Below are positions 28,964 to 42,300 of a stretch of DNA of 64,000 nt, in pieces. A program made the translations under genes and the position numbers. The stretch is from the human T2T-CHM13v2.0 reference genome, Homo sapiens. The notes beneath the pieces are model-generated. The model was not told where the DNA came from, made no database searches, and was given only the letters and a program-made list of their open reading frames with translations. The stretch's first letter is position 1. Each line of letters begins with the position of its first letter. The stretch lies in NCBI RefSeq assembly GCF_009914755.1, contig NC_060925.1, one strand, 5' to 3'.

Positions 28964-29470
28964 GATTTCCATCACCCAATCAGATGGTCAGCCTTCCCCA
29001 CAAACGTTTTAGTCACACTATGCCTCTGTCCGGCAGGATCATGTCTTGTCTTCAATGCCCCAGCACTTTGTGCAGTTGACACATTATAGGTAACCAGGGT
29101 CTGTTTGTTGAAGTAGTAAACATTGGTCCATTAGAAGCTGGGAGTGAATATTGAAGTCAGGTATGAATTGGCATTGGGAAGAAGGAGCTGAAAAGCAGGA
29201 ATAAGCTGTCCTGATTGTGAAGGGTGAGTGCAATGCCGGACTGAGAAATAAAACTAACTCCAGGCCAAAGAGCGTTGGAGATTCCCAACAGGCTCCCCAA
29301 GGACACACAGGGAGCCCAGTAGAATTTTCCTGGAGCCTACTGAATTTCTGCTAGGAGTGGACTCGGCCCTCTGCCCAAATGAGGTGCCATGAGGTACACA
29401 AAGGCTCTAATATGTAATTTGACACTTCCCTGGGTAAAACAGAAAGTACACTGGCCAGACCCCAAAGTAA

Positions 29471-29837
<367 letters not shown>

Positions 29838-30155
29838 TCTTTCCTGTCTTTCAGCTCTGCTCCTCTCAATTCCCCAATAACACAATCCCTAGTCTCCTAA
29901 GAGTGGGCCCCAGGATAGTCTGCAAACTCATCACCTTCTAAGGGGGACTGCTGTCACTGAGTGGTCCCAAGTGGGCACTAGAGGCCAGTGTTGCAATGTT
30001 TTCAGTCTTTTCAAAAGAAATAGAAATCTTTATTATCTTGTGAAATCCCTTAGTTTGGAGCCAATATTGGCTCCAATTACTTTTGAAACACTCCATGGGC
30101 CAAAAAGCACTTGTGTTTATGGCCAACAATTAGTAACCCATCAAAGAGGCTCTCT

Positions 30156-30467
30156 GGACTGAGTGTAGTGGCTAATGCCTGTAATCCCAGCACCTTGGGA
30201 GGCCAAAGTAGGAGGATCACTTGAGCCCAGGACTTGGAGACCAGCCTGAGCAACATAGCAAGACCCCGTCTCTACAAAATTTAAAAAATTAGCTGAGTGT
30301 AGTGGCGTGGGTCTGCGGTCCCAGCTACTTGGGAGGCTGAAGTGAGAGGATTGCTTAACCCAGAAGGTTGGGGCTTCAATGAGCCATATTCTTGGCACTG
30401 CACTCCAGTGTAAGTGATAGAATGAGACTCTGTCTCAAGAATAAAAAAATTAAAAAATTAAAAAAAG
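30156..30467 (+). mobile_element. AluJ SINE
   Basis: Diverged dimer with A-rich tail. Confidence 0.9.
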
Positions 30468-31465
30468 AAGATTTCTAAGCTTCTTCCCAACGTTTCTGAC
30501 ACACTGTGACTCTAACCTCTGCCCACATTTCTACATGGCTAATTTTTAAATAAGGTCAACTGCTGATCCTAGGTCAGCAAGAACCACAAGGTCAGGAGTG
30601 TTCTTTCTTCGAAGTTTCAGGTTAATCAGTTTCTGTTTAGGAAAAAGAACAAGACTTCTCTTTAGGTAAGGTATCTACCAGAGCAGCCCCCACTCCCACC
30701 CGAAAGTCACCTGAATACAGCTATTTCCTGTGCCTCTTTCTGCTACAAATCTCTGCAGCATGTTTTGTTTTATGCATCAAAACTAGATCGACCTCTGCAT
30801 TCTGATCATTCCCCCACGGTGTTGTCTTTTTCCAAACTTTCTGTTTTCATTAACTTAAAGTCTATGATGCTATCAAACTGATTAAGCTCATTCCAACCAA
30901 GCACCACATGCTGAAGCTAGTGAATCACATTGCCAGTTGGGCTTTAAAAAGAACAGGTTTGAATGTACATCCTAATGTATTATATACTATATTGTGAATA
31001 TGGATTGTGTTGAAGCTATAATTATGAGGGATTTAATACATTGGGGTCTACATTCAACCCCGATGTACACATACTTATATATATGTAAAATGTTTAGCCC
31101 ATTAACTTTGCCTTGCTGACAGTTGTGGGAAAGTTTCTAGAGTTGTCAGTCACAAGGTCTTGTGAGAATCTGATCTAAGCAACTCAGCCTTCCCTCAAGA
31201 AAAAAGCACTCATAAGCAAACAATTTCCCAAAGTCTGTGCATAGACCCTTAGGCATACCTGAACCCCAGGTAAGAACTCCTGCTGTATCAGTGAGGGGCA
31301 AGGCAACTGCTCAGAGCCTGTAGGTCTCATTTAATTTGAAGGTGGCTGGTTGACCCTAAGCTCTTTCTCAGTACATCACGCCTTCCAGTAGAACTGAACC
31401 AAAACTCTAAGACACCCTGTTTATGCTCCCTTGGGAATTTAGGGCCCTTACCATGTATAGCTTCT

Positions 31466-32843
31466 CTGGGGTGGTTTCTGATGCTCATCAATTCTCTGAC
31501 ATCAACTGGGTGTGTTACCAGTGGAAGATATCCTGGTTATCGGTGGCAAATTCATATGTGTCTGCAGCAACCTCAATTCTTGCCTCCTCAGAAGAAAGAA
31601 TTCAACTGAGGGGCATAAGGCAGAAAAAAGACTGAGGCAAGTTTCATTGTAGGAGTGGAAGTTTATTAAAAAGCTTTAGAGCAGGAAAGGAAAGTGCTTT
31701 CGGAAGGGACGCAAGTGGGCACTGAGAAGGTCAAGTGCCTGGTTTAACCATCATCCTAGGACTTTATAGGCTGGCAAACTCTGGCGTCTTGCGCCCCCTT
31801 TCCATGATTCTTCCCTTAGGGTGTGTTGCCTGCATGCACAGTGCCCTCCTTACCCTTGGGAATTGAGCACATGCAGTGTGTTTAGGAAGTTGTATGCAAG
31901 CCCATCTGAGACTTTCTTCCCTTTTCTGGTGGAGTGCCACCAGAAGGTCATACTCCACCATTTTGTCTCTTAATGCGCAGGCCTGGGAAATTGCCTCTCT
32001 GGTGTCTGCTGTCAATCAACACTTCAGTGCAATGGGTATGGACCATCAAGAAATGGCCTCTCTCTGGAGGCTGGCTGCCAATTTATCGCTTTTAGAGAGG
32101 CAACGTGATAATCATCAAACCGTCACCTGCCATTCCTGGTGGGTGGGGGAGAGCCCTCTCCTGCCCCACTCACGCCTAACTACCTGTAACAGGTATCAAA
32201 AATTCAATTATGACACTATCTGGAGTTAGTGCAGACACAGATTAAGGGCTCAGTCCTATAAGACTGCACTGACTTCAAATGTCAGTCTCATCTGGGCCAG
32301 GCCACCCATGCTTCTGACCTACCAGCTATAAATCAAGGATTCCCAAGATCCCCTCCTCAAGTTCAATAATTTGATATAAGAGCTCACAGAACTCAGAAAA
32401 ACAGTTTACTTACATTTACTGACTTATTATAAAGGATACAACTCAGGAACAGCCAAATGGAAGAGACGCAGAGGGCAAGGTATGGGGGAGTAGGGTGAGG
32501 GTGGCACAGAGCTTCAATGGCCTCTCTGGGTGTGTCACCTCCCAGCACCCAGTAGCTCTCTGAATCTATTGTTCAAGAGTTTATAGAGCTCAACAGGTCA
32601 GAGGGTGGGGCTGAAAGTTCCAACCCTCCAATCACTTGGTCTTTTTAGTGACCATCCTATTCTGAAGCTATCTAGGGACCCCATCTCAAGTTATCTTGTT
32701 AACATAAGTTTCAGTGTGATCTAACAGGGCTCATTATGAATAACAAAAGATAATCCTATCACTCAGGAAATTCAAAGGGTTTTAGGAGCTCTGTGCCAGG
32801 AACCCAGGATGAAGACCAAATACATTTTTTAAAATACTATCAC
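31466..32843. mobile_element. MER21-like LTR, split by the MER50-like LTR
   Basis: caattctctgacatcaactgggtg | ...tgacactatctggagttagtgcagac...ttaagggctcagtcc...gccaggaaccc resembles MER21. Confidence 0.65.
31513..32191 (-). mobile_element. ERV1 solo LTR (MER50-like)
   Basis: TGTTAC...GTAACA inverted termini; near-TSD ggtg/ggta; ctgcagcaacctcaattcttgcctcctcagaagaaagaattc body. Confidence 0.7.
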
Positions 32844-33375
32844 AGCTTCTCTGTGCCATCCAGGCTTATTAAGATCATAACTGATCACTCAATGTTCCCA
32901 CCTCTAGCTTTTTGCTTGATTGCCATCTCCTCCATTCATCTTTATCTCTCTGTCTCCAACTGGATTAGGAGTGGGCTTAGGGTCAGAACCAGGGTTCTTT
33001 TGGCATTGGTGATGGATCAACCAAGAGAAGGTTAAAACCTCCAAACCTGATCAGTCTATCAGGTTGGGACTGGCTCCAGTAGTAGGTAACAAAACGATGT
33101 CCAGGGAGATGCAGGAGGTAAATAACCAGGCATGTGGGCAGTGCAGAGCCCCCAAAAAAGCCAAGCAGGATAGCAGGTGGCATTAGAGATGGCTGGAAGC
33201 AGGAACCTAACCAGAGGACTGCAGTTCAGGGCCAGGATTTTAATCTCTGGAATTGAGAAGAGCAAGACAGGAAGTAGAGTTTGAAGCCGGGAGTCAAGGT
33301 GGGAAAGTGACACAAGGGAAAAGCAGGCACCCAGTTACCAATGTTGTGGTACAGGCATTGTATTTAAAATAAGGA

Positions 33376-33520
33376 AGATGGGCACAGTGGCAAATGCCTG
33401 TAACCTTAGCTACATGGGAGGCTGAGGTAGGAAGATTGCTTCAGCCCAGGAGTTCAAAATCATCCTATGCAACACAGCGCAAACCCATCTTGATAAATGA
33501 ATAAATACATAAGTAAAATT
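33376..33520 (+). mobile_element. FLAM-like Alu monomer
   Basis: Single left arm with A-rich tail. Confidence 0.7.
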
Positions 33521-34715
33521 TAAAATAACCTAAGGAAATAATCCATAAACAAAGTACATCTAAGCAGAGCTAGCAGTAAGTTGGCTTGATTCCAAGTCAA
33601 TGAGCTTTGACCCTATAGTTCTTAACACGCTTCTTGGGGATCAGTTCATCTCTGAATCAAGATGAGCTGAACCTGCAAGTGGGGACCAAATGGATCTAGT
33701 AGTGGGTTTTAGAGGCCTTCAGCGGGTAGAGAGCCAGGTGGAAACAAGAGGGATGCCACCAACATCCTCATCTTTGGTAATATTTTAAATAACAATATGA
33801 GAAGATATATATGAGAATATAACAAATATGAGAAGTCAGTGCTGAGCATTTCCTGGGCCAGCGGCAGATAAGCCAGGGATATTTTCTTGTTTTCCTTAAA
33901 GCAAGTAGAAAGACAACAGAGTATTGTGGTTACAGCTGAATTTGGAGCCAGATTGCCTGGATTCAAATCTCAACGCTGCTATGAGGTCAGCTGCCTAAAA
34001 TTGGCTTTTTAAATTTCTTTAAATTGTCTTTAAATCTCTATATTACTCATTTAGAGAGTAAATATAATTTCTATTATGTTATGGATGCTAATAATAGAAC
34101 ACACCTCCTAGGGTTCTTATGAGTAATGAATACATTCTATAAAAGTGCTTATGACAATGCCTGGCATACAATAAACACTATACGTGTTGAAATATAAATA
34201 GTGGTTGAAAACATTGTAAGACTCAGGCCACCTCAATATGAATCCTGAGTCTCAAGTGAAATCTCTGTGGACAAGGAGATAGTGAGGAAATTGTCCAGAA
34301 TGGAATAGTGTTAGAGTGGCAAGAGGTGACAACCACAAGACTCAGGCTCCTGTTGAGACTTGGCCCTAATATAATTGGGTCTTGCTTTTCTGGAATTCCA
34401 AATGTATGCCCAAGAGTGAAGAATTACAGTCAATACATCAATGGGTAGAATCAACTGTCTAGGAAAATTCATAAGGTAATGGAATTAAGGCTATTTGTCT
34501 CATGCAATACAATCCACTTGGACCTGCAAAATTTTAAGGAGGTAAAAAAGAAACACCGGATTTATCCAAATACCATTTAATCCCAGTTGATCTCAGTTTT
34601 TCCAGGTCTAGAACAGTGTTCAATTCCTGTTTGTATTCCCTGTCAATAAGAAAAGGATTTTGATTCAATGATTCTGTGTTAAATAGCATGTTGTTATACA
34701 GAGTAGCATTCGGTT

Positions 34716-35117
34716 TGTTATTAGTCAAGATTCTCCAGAGAAGCAGAACCAATAAGATGTGAATATACACAAATAGAAAGAGATTATTATAAGGAATTAT
34801 TCATGTGATTATAGAGACTGGCAAGTCCAAAATCTGCAGAGTGGCTGACAAGGTAGAGACCCAGGAGAGCCAGTGGAGCAGATAAAGCTGGAAGGCAGTG
34901 TGCTGGGGAATTCTTGCTTGCTCAGGGAGGCCAGCCTTTGTGTTCTATTTGGCTTCAACTGATTGGATGAGGCTCACCCACATTATGGAGAGCAATGTGC
35001 TTACTCAAAAATTCACGGATTTAAATGTTAATCTCATCCATAAACACACGCCAGGTTTCAAATGTTAATCTCATCCAATAACATCTTCCAAGTTAACACA
35101 AAAAATGAACCATCACA
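34716..35117. mobile_element. MLT2-type ERVL solo LTR
   Basis: tattagtcaagattctccagagaagcagaaccaata ... aaccatcaca termini; internal duplication of aaatgttaatctcatcca. Confidence 0.75.
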
Positions 35118-35218
35118 GACTGTAAGCCCCCTTTAAGACCAAAAATAATCTGTTGTTCTTATACCCTTATTCTGAAGGAAAATGAAGACATTTAATATCT
35201 TTCCACTGTTCTTTTCTA

Positions 35219-35376
35219 TTTTTTTAAGAGATAGGGGTCTCACTCTGTTGTCCAGGCTAGAGTACCATGGCATGATCAAAGCTCACTGAAGCCTCAAACA
35301 CCTGGGCTCAAGTGATCCTCCTGCCTTAGCCTCTCAAGTAGCTGGGGTTACAAGTGCACACCACTGCACCTGCCTT
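35219..35376 (-). mobile_element. Alu right monomer (FRAM or 5'-truncated AluJ)
   Basis: Perfect 15-bp TSD CACTGTTCTTTTCTA at 35204-35218 and 35377-35391. Confidence 0.85.
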
Positions 35377-36549
35377 CACTGTTCTTTTCTAGCACATACT
35401 TTTAGTGTACTTGTATTGGGAAAAAAATGGGCATTGTTTGGGAAAGAACAATAAATTCTTACAACAAAAGCAATTTTAATTATAAAAATAAGGGTGGTAC
35501 TAAAGGAGATGGTGCAACAGTAAGGTGGAAAGACATGAGTCCTGTATGACCTCATGGAGTAGGGCTGCCTACCAACTTAAGACTGCTCATGGTGAGATCA
35601 TTATGTGTGTAAGAAAAAATCTTCAATTTTTTAAGTACTATATTTTGTTAGTAAATAATATAAACCACTGATACCTGGAAATGGATGCTGCCATCAAATG
35701 ACCTTAAATACATAGCATCATCCTAGCAGTGAGGGATGGGCAATAAGAACAGATATTGTGGCCCAGAAAACTGGTGAGCCTTGTGGAAGACAGACCACTG
35801 TCCTTTCTTTTCCCCTAGGGAAAGTTAATGTCTCTCTCAACTATGTTCCACAACACACATGAAATACTTTGGATACCTAGTTATTTCTGTATGTTTCCTC
35901 AGAACATTTACTTTATGGAGCCGTTTATCCCCAGCATCTAACAGAATGTCAGGCCCAGAAATATGAGTTGGATGAATGAGTGAATATATGCCCAATGAGT
36001 GAATGAATGGTCAGGGAATTATTTTCTGAGACTTCATCTAAATAGGATTGGCTATAAACACGTAGCATCTCTAAAGGTTGTGAGAGCCTTTCTTTCCCTC
36101 TGAGTGAAGAGATTCATGTTAGTTGTTCATAAAGGTAAGTCACTGGTTAGCCAGGGCTTCAAGACTGGAAATGATATGTAATAAATTCTAAGCTTTGCTT
36201 ACTCACAATGTCGCTGCTGGCCAAGGAAAAGTTTCCTTTATTTGCTGCCTCAGATTTATTTCTATAAAAAGGGCCATAATCAAACTCCAGGAGAATGGTA
36301 AATTGCTATTGAGATGATATATGGGATACAAAAGAAAAAATAAATAAAAATAAACCTGCGTTGAATTCCAAAATATTCTTTGTAGTAGATCTATGTTTAT
36401 TGTAGAATGTAAGAGAATCCAATGTCTTATTCTTCCTGTTCTTGTAATGCCTATGCTATGAGAACAGAAGGAATCAATTATTCAGTAATTTAGAACAAAT
36501 AACTGGAGGATTGAATTCTGTATCACATTTGATTCTATTAAAACAATGA

Positions 36550-36799
36550 GGCTGGGCATGGTGGCTCACATCTATAATCCTGGGAGGCAGAGGCAGGAAG
36601 ATCCCTGGAGCACAGAAGTTCAAGACCAGTCTGGGCAACATGGTGAGACCCTGTCTCTACAAAAAAAAAAAAAAAACCAAAAAAAAACAAAAAAAAAAAC
36701 CTTAAAAAGTTAGCTGGGCGTGGTGGTGCACCTCTGTGGTCCCAGCTACTCGGGAGAATTGCTTGAGCCCTGGAGGTCGAGGCTGCAGTGAGCTGCAAA
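36550..36799 (+). mobile_element. AluJ with internal deletions and a missing 3' end
   Basis: Expanded middle A-tract; ends gtgagctgc+A; TSD AAAACAATGA at 36540-36549 and 36800-36809. Confidence 0.85.
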
Positions 36800-36877
36800 A
36801 AAACAATGATAACATGTACAGAAATCAAAACAAAAGAAAAAATTATCTATAATCCTATCATCTTACAATCTTTTAAA

Positions 36878-37168
36878 TTTTTTTTTCAAGACAGTATTTT
36901 GCTCTATGGCCCAAGCTGGAGTGCAGTGGTGCAATCACAGCTCTCTGCAGCCTCAACCTCCTGGGTTCAAATGATCCTCCTGCCTCAGCTTCCTGAGTAG
37001 CTGGGATGACAGGCTCGTGCCCCTATACCGGCAAATTTTTTTATTTTTTGCAGAGATGAGGTCTCACTATGTTGTGCAGGCTGGTCTTGAGATCCTGGCC
37101 TCAAGCAATCCTCCAGTCTTGTCCTCCCAAAATGTTGGGATTATAGGCATGAGCTACTGCACCTGGCC
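36878..37168 (-). mobile_element. AluJ SINE
   Basis: Reverse dimer. Confidence 0.9.
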
Positions 37169-38529
37169 TGTTTTAATTTTTGTATGTTCTGTTTTACACT
37201 TTATATGTTTGTCTATATTTTTCAAACACATAATGAAAAGAACTCATGCACGCAAAACATGCACAGACAGATTTATGTGTATACAGGCCAGGCCAGCCTG
37301 AGGGTAGATATCAGGTCACACTAGCAGTAATCAGACAATATTTCTCTGATTCTAGCCCTACTCATTCTGCAGAAATTCCAGTCCTCCTCACATCCTTCCT
37401 AACTAGTTCTTGAATTCTCAGGAACTAATCCTCCCAGCTATCATGTGTCATCTCCAATTTTCCTCTTCTTTTTAGCATCTCCCTTTCAGCATGTCTCCTG
37501 TTGCTGGTGCTGCTGCAGAAACTTCAAAAGCTGCCCGGTTCCTCTGCCCCAGTGTGATGCCCTCTTCCATTCTTCTTCCAGCAGCAAGCAAAGGCTGATT
37601 TGACTCCTCAGTCAGCTTGCTTGTGATCAGCAAGTCCACTGTGTTAGAATCAGGGACCTGGTCTATCAAGTAGTGCAAACGTGGAGATTTTGATGGAACT
37701 GCCCTTGTGGTTTTTACAGGCTTTTTATTGCAGTCCATACTCCTTTGAGCATCTGTGAGTCCACAGTTTGAGAGAGAGCAAATTAAATTGCTGACAGTCT
37801 TTTTAGGACGACCTATTTCTTTTTTTGCTGATTCTGTTCCTAAGCTGAGCTTATGATACTTGATTCTCTTTTCCTTATAATGAATTTTTACTCAATAGGT
37901 TCCTCAGTACCTCATGCAAACATACGCCAGGTAAGTCTCTTCAGACAGGCCTAAATATGTTCAAAGTCTTGCATGAACGCAGTTTGAGGTGTCTGGGCAT
38001 CCTAATACAATAGTATAGATAGAATTATGGGTTTTGCTTTGTTCATTTCACATTGTGAGTGTGTTTGCAGGTTACTAGAGAGTTCTCATAATTATTAAGT
38101 GGCTATATAATATTATATAGGAAGGAGATGCCATAATTTACCTAATTTTTCTCTTAATTTGGACGTTTATGTTATCACTGATTTGTTTCTAGTTAAATAA
38201 TGTGAGTTGAGCAAGGACAAATTAGTGGTCTTGATTGTGTGTTTTATTTTGGAGACATATATATTTGTTAAGGGAATTTTTGCTTCTGTAACCCCCCAAA
38301 TTTCAAGAACACAAAACTCTAACCATTTATTTCTCAGCCATATACCAGTCCAGTATGGGTTTTTTTATCAGCAATGTTGGGGAGAGCTCTGCCCCACACA
38401 TTCATTAAGAGACCCAGGGGATTGGGGCACCACCATCATCAGCACATGGTTTTCAAGGTCTCTCTGGGCACCATAATCAGCCAGCAGATGAGTAGGAGAG
38501 ACAGGGTTGTGTGAGGGTTTTTTTAAATT

Positions 38530-39365
38530 AAATTCACCCAATTTAATGGTACAGTTTGATTAACTTTTGCTAATTGTGTATAGTTGTATAACCACCATGA
38601 AAATAAAAATGTAGGCTTTATAACATCCTAAAAATTTCCTGTTGCCTTTTTACATCTGATCCCCTCTTACAAACCCCTAGCCCCAGGCAACTTTCTGTGA
38701 ATACAGATAAACTTTGCCTGTTCTCTAATCTCGTACAAATGGAACACAACATGTATTTTGTGTTATGCTTCCTTTGTTCAGCATAATCCATGTTGATCAT
38801 TATATTAGTTCTTCATTGATTTTTATTGCTGTGTAGTGTTTCATCGTATGGATACACAATGATTTGTTTATGCATTCACTGTTTTTTGACGTTTGGATAA
38901 GCCCCAGGTGTTAGCTATTATGAATAATGGTGCTATGATTTGCATATATGCCCTTTTGTGTGCATATACTTTAACTTCTCTCGTGTAAATATCTAGAAGT
39001 GGAATTACTGGGCCACATGACAAGTGGATGTTTAACTTTGTAAGATACGGCCCTACTATATACCAAAATTGCTGACCATCTTGCACTGTCACAAGCAATG
39101 TCTGGGACTTCTAGTTGCTCCAAATTTTGTCAATGCTTGGAATTGTCAGTGTTGTTAGTTTTAGCCATATCAATGGATGTGTAGTAGAATCTTATTTCTC
39201 ATTTGCATGATCCTAACTAGTGAGGTGAGCATCTTTTCACATGTTTATTGGCTATTTGTATATTTTCCTTTATGACATGCCTTTTCAAATATTTTGCCCA
39301 TTTCAAAAATAGGGTTGTTCATCTTATTATTGAGTTGTAAGAGTTCTTTAAATATTCTGGATATG
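38530..39365 (-). mobile_element. Old L1M 3' end, apparently inserted in an MLT1-type LTR (~38280-38520 and ~39520-39700)
   Basis: ORF 38868-39098 (-) is L1 ORF2 C-terminus-like (PVIPLLDIY); antisense L1M 3' UTR text. Confidence 0.7.
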
Positions 39366-42300
39366 AGCAAAGAGTATACTCGTCTCTATCTAGTACTTTC
39401 CAGTACATTAATTATTGCTTTTTGCCTTATGTCCAGATTTGATAAGTGTTTTGTATGAAGGAGTTGGTCTTGCAGAATCTTACTGTATCATTACAGAAAT
39501 GTAAACTACAACAGAGGTTTTAAGAACCAGGACTAGAACTGGCCCTCATCAGTTCAGCTTACACCCTATTGGCTAGAATTTAGTCATGTGACAATACCTA
39601 ACTCCAAGGAAGGGTAGAAAATGTGATCTATCTGTGCCCACAGGGTAGTGTGCCCTGGAGAAGAACAGGGTTAGTGATCAGCCAGCACTATCTGCTAAAA
39701 GGAACCTAGCAGGGCCTAGAAGGGCCTAGAAGGAACATGGAGTGGCAGAAGTTTTGGCCCAGGGACATGGTAACTATTTCTAGATCCCTTCCATGATAAA
39801 CAATCATGCTGTACCTATCATATGCTAGACATTGAGCTATAATAACTGAGGCTAGCATTTATTGAGCACTTACTATGTGTCAAGCATATATAGACTCTAT
39901 AAATGTTTACTGACTGTTGAATGGACCCGATTTCTTGGAGTGGTCTGGGGAAGACTACCCGCTATATGTGTTTAATGATACCTTCGGATTTTGCCAGCCC
40001 AGCGGAAGCAGGGTTGTGAGTAATGAGGCTGCTTGCCAAGCATGCCAGTTCCCCTGTGGGAAGAGATCACTGGAGAAACAGAGCATTATTAATGTCCTCC
40101 AAACTTCAACAAACCAGTTTTTCCACTCTCTGGGTGATTATTTATGGGTTTGGGTAAGATGCTAACTTGCAAGCTCTCTCTTTGTCTCTGCTCTGCTTCT
40201 ACACCAAACTCATGACTATTTACAGCATTCCATTCTAGAGCTGTTCACAAACCAATGTTTCTGATTTTTTAGTGAATTTCCTGCTTCCCTACATTGTGCT
40301 GCCAGGTTTATTGGTAATAGTTCTTTGAGTATTAAGTGGATTGAAAATGCTGCCTGTGTTATCATTTCTCTGTTGAAAGCAGCTAGACACAAAACATACA
40401 TAATAACAGCTAGCCCTTGTTGGGCACTGTTGCACACAAATTGCCTTCACGTCTATTTGGTCTACCCCCTCACATGATTCATTTGAATGATCAGTGGTAG
40501 AGCTATTTCACTTGTTCACATGCTTATTAGAGTAATATGTTCAAAGTTAATTGATCTTTTTCCCCATCCTACTCTTGTTACAAAGGTAATTGACACTGAA
40601 ATGGTCAAAAGACGTTCAGTAGGGATGGCCAGTAAGAGAAGTAGAAGGACCACACAATACAAATAGGATAAAAGGCTCCTCAATATGTAATAATCGAATG
40701 GCTGTAAACACATCCACACCTGGAATCTCTCTTACATATCATAGATAAAATCTCACCACCTTATTGTGCAATCTATTCCTTCATTACTGTACTTTTTTCC
40801 CCCTGATTCTGCATACTCCTCTGCACAGCTCCTCCTGACCTGGCTGATGTCCATTATCCTGTATTATTACTCATCACTACTCCCTTAGAACCTATACTCT
40901 GAAATTGCTAATCTTATTGCAGTTTCCTGGATATGTTATGGCTTGTCATGTATCGATCCTTTTAGGCATCCCATTCCCTCTGCACAAAGCATGATTTACT
41001 TACTAGATTGCTCCAGTGGTCCCTGGCATTGGAAGCTTCCACAGCCCTGCCTCCCAGCTAGCCAATCTGATTTCTGTTAGAGCATCTAGGAGCACCCTCC
41101 TCCAAAGCCCTTTTGACATTCTTTTGTGATAGTGTTATTTATTTACATGACTATGTGGCCCTCCTACTGTGAGCTCCTTAAGGATGTAGATTTTTTCTTA
41201 TTTGCATAATTTCTGGAATATTTTAATTGAACAATTAGTGTGAATAAATAGTTAGATAAATGTTCATACCACACACCTCAACTCTTTCATTTCTTTGACT
41301 TGAATTCGAGGTACATTTTATAATCTTGTAGACATGGACGAAGCAAGAAGAGACACTGTAGCAAAGGAAAGATCAATAAATAAAATGACTGCAAGAAAAA
41401 CAGGTTCAACGACAATGGTATAAAATAACAGAAAAAAAATGGTCATCTTTGAGTATGTTTGCCCTCTTTATATCAAGCATATACTTCTCAAACTTATTCA
41501 GAATAATAAATGATGAATGGGTGTGGAATTATGTCTCTTAGTCCTTATTACTGTATAATAATAACAAATAACAGTTGTTTAGGAACTATGTTTTCAAAGC
41601 ATTGTCACATCCATTTTTTTTTCAGGACATGTTTACAACAACTCTGTTTTTCAGATGAAGACATTGAGACACATAGAGGAGAAGTAATTGATCAAAGATC
41701 ATATAGCCACTGTGGCCTAACTGAATGGATAACATCTCAGTCTGTTAAGTCAGCATGGAGTCGAGTTGTTGGGATGATTTCTGTTTACTAGATTGCCAAT
41801 TTATACTTTATCTGCCAATCTAATTTCCTTAGAGTCCCTGTTTGTCCCTGCAGAATAAAAAACATACTGCTTGCTGTATAAATTATACATTGTCTAATAA
41901 CTGGTTATAGTTAGTTGAAGCAAGTTACTAATGAATATGTAATCTTGGATTTGATTCTAGAATTTACCTGTTAGCTTGTCTTTTCTTCCCCTATTAATAG
42001 CTTGAGCCCCCTGTCAATCTCTAAATTAAAAGCTTCTCCATAGCCTACTCTTTGAACCTAATCTCATTTCTTTCCTTTTTTCAACAGGCAGACTAGGGTC
42101 CTTCTCTTCACTTCCACCAACCTCCTATGCACATTGCTGCTTGCACACTTGTGCTCAGAACCCCCTGGACCAGTTCATCCTGCTTCACTGCCTGTTCTAG
42201 TCTATCCTTCTTAAGGCTCAGCTCATAAAGCCTTCCAGGAATGCTAGCCCCCAGTGATCTAGCCCTCCTCTGAGCTAACCAGCTGCATGTGGCCCATTCC

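Noticed and set aside
37472-37738. 88-aa ATG ORF in unique sequence
   Set aside because: No recognisable domain; length within chance expectation.
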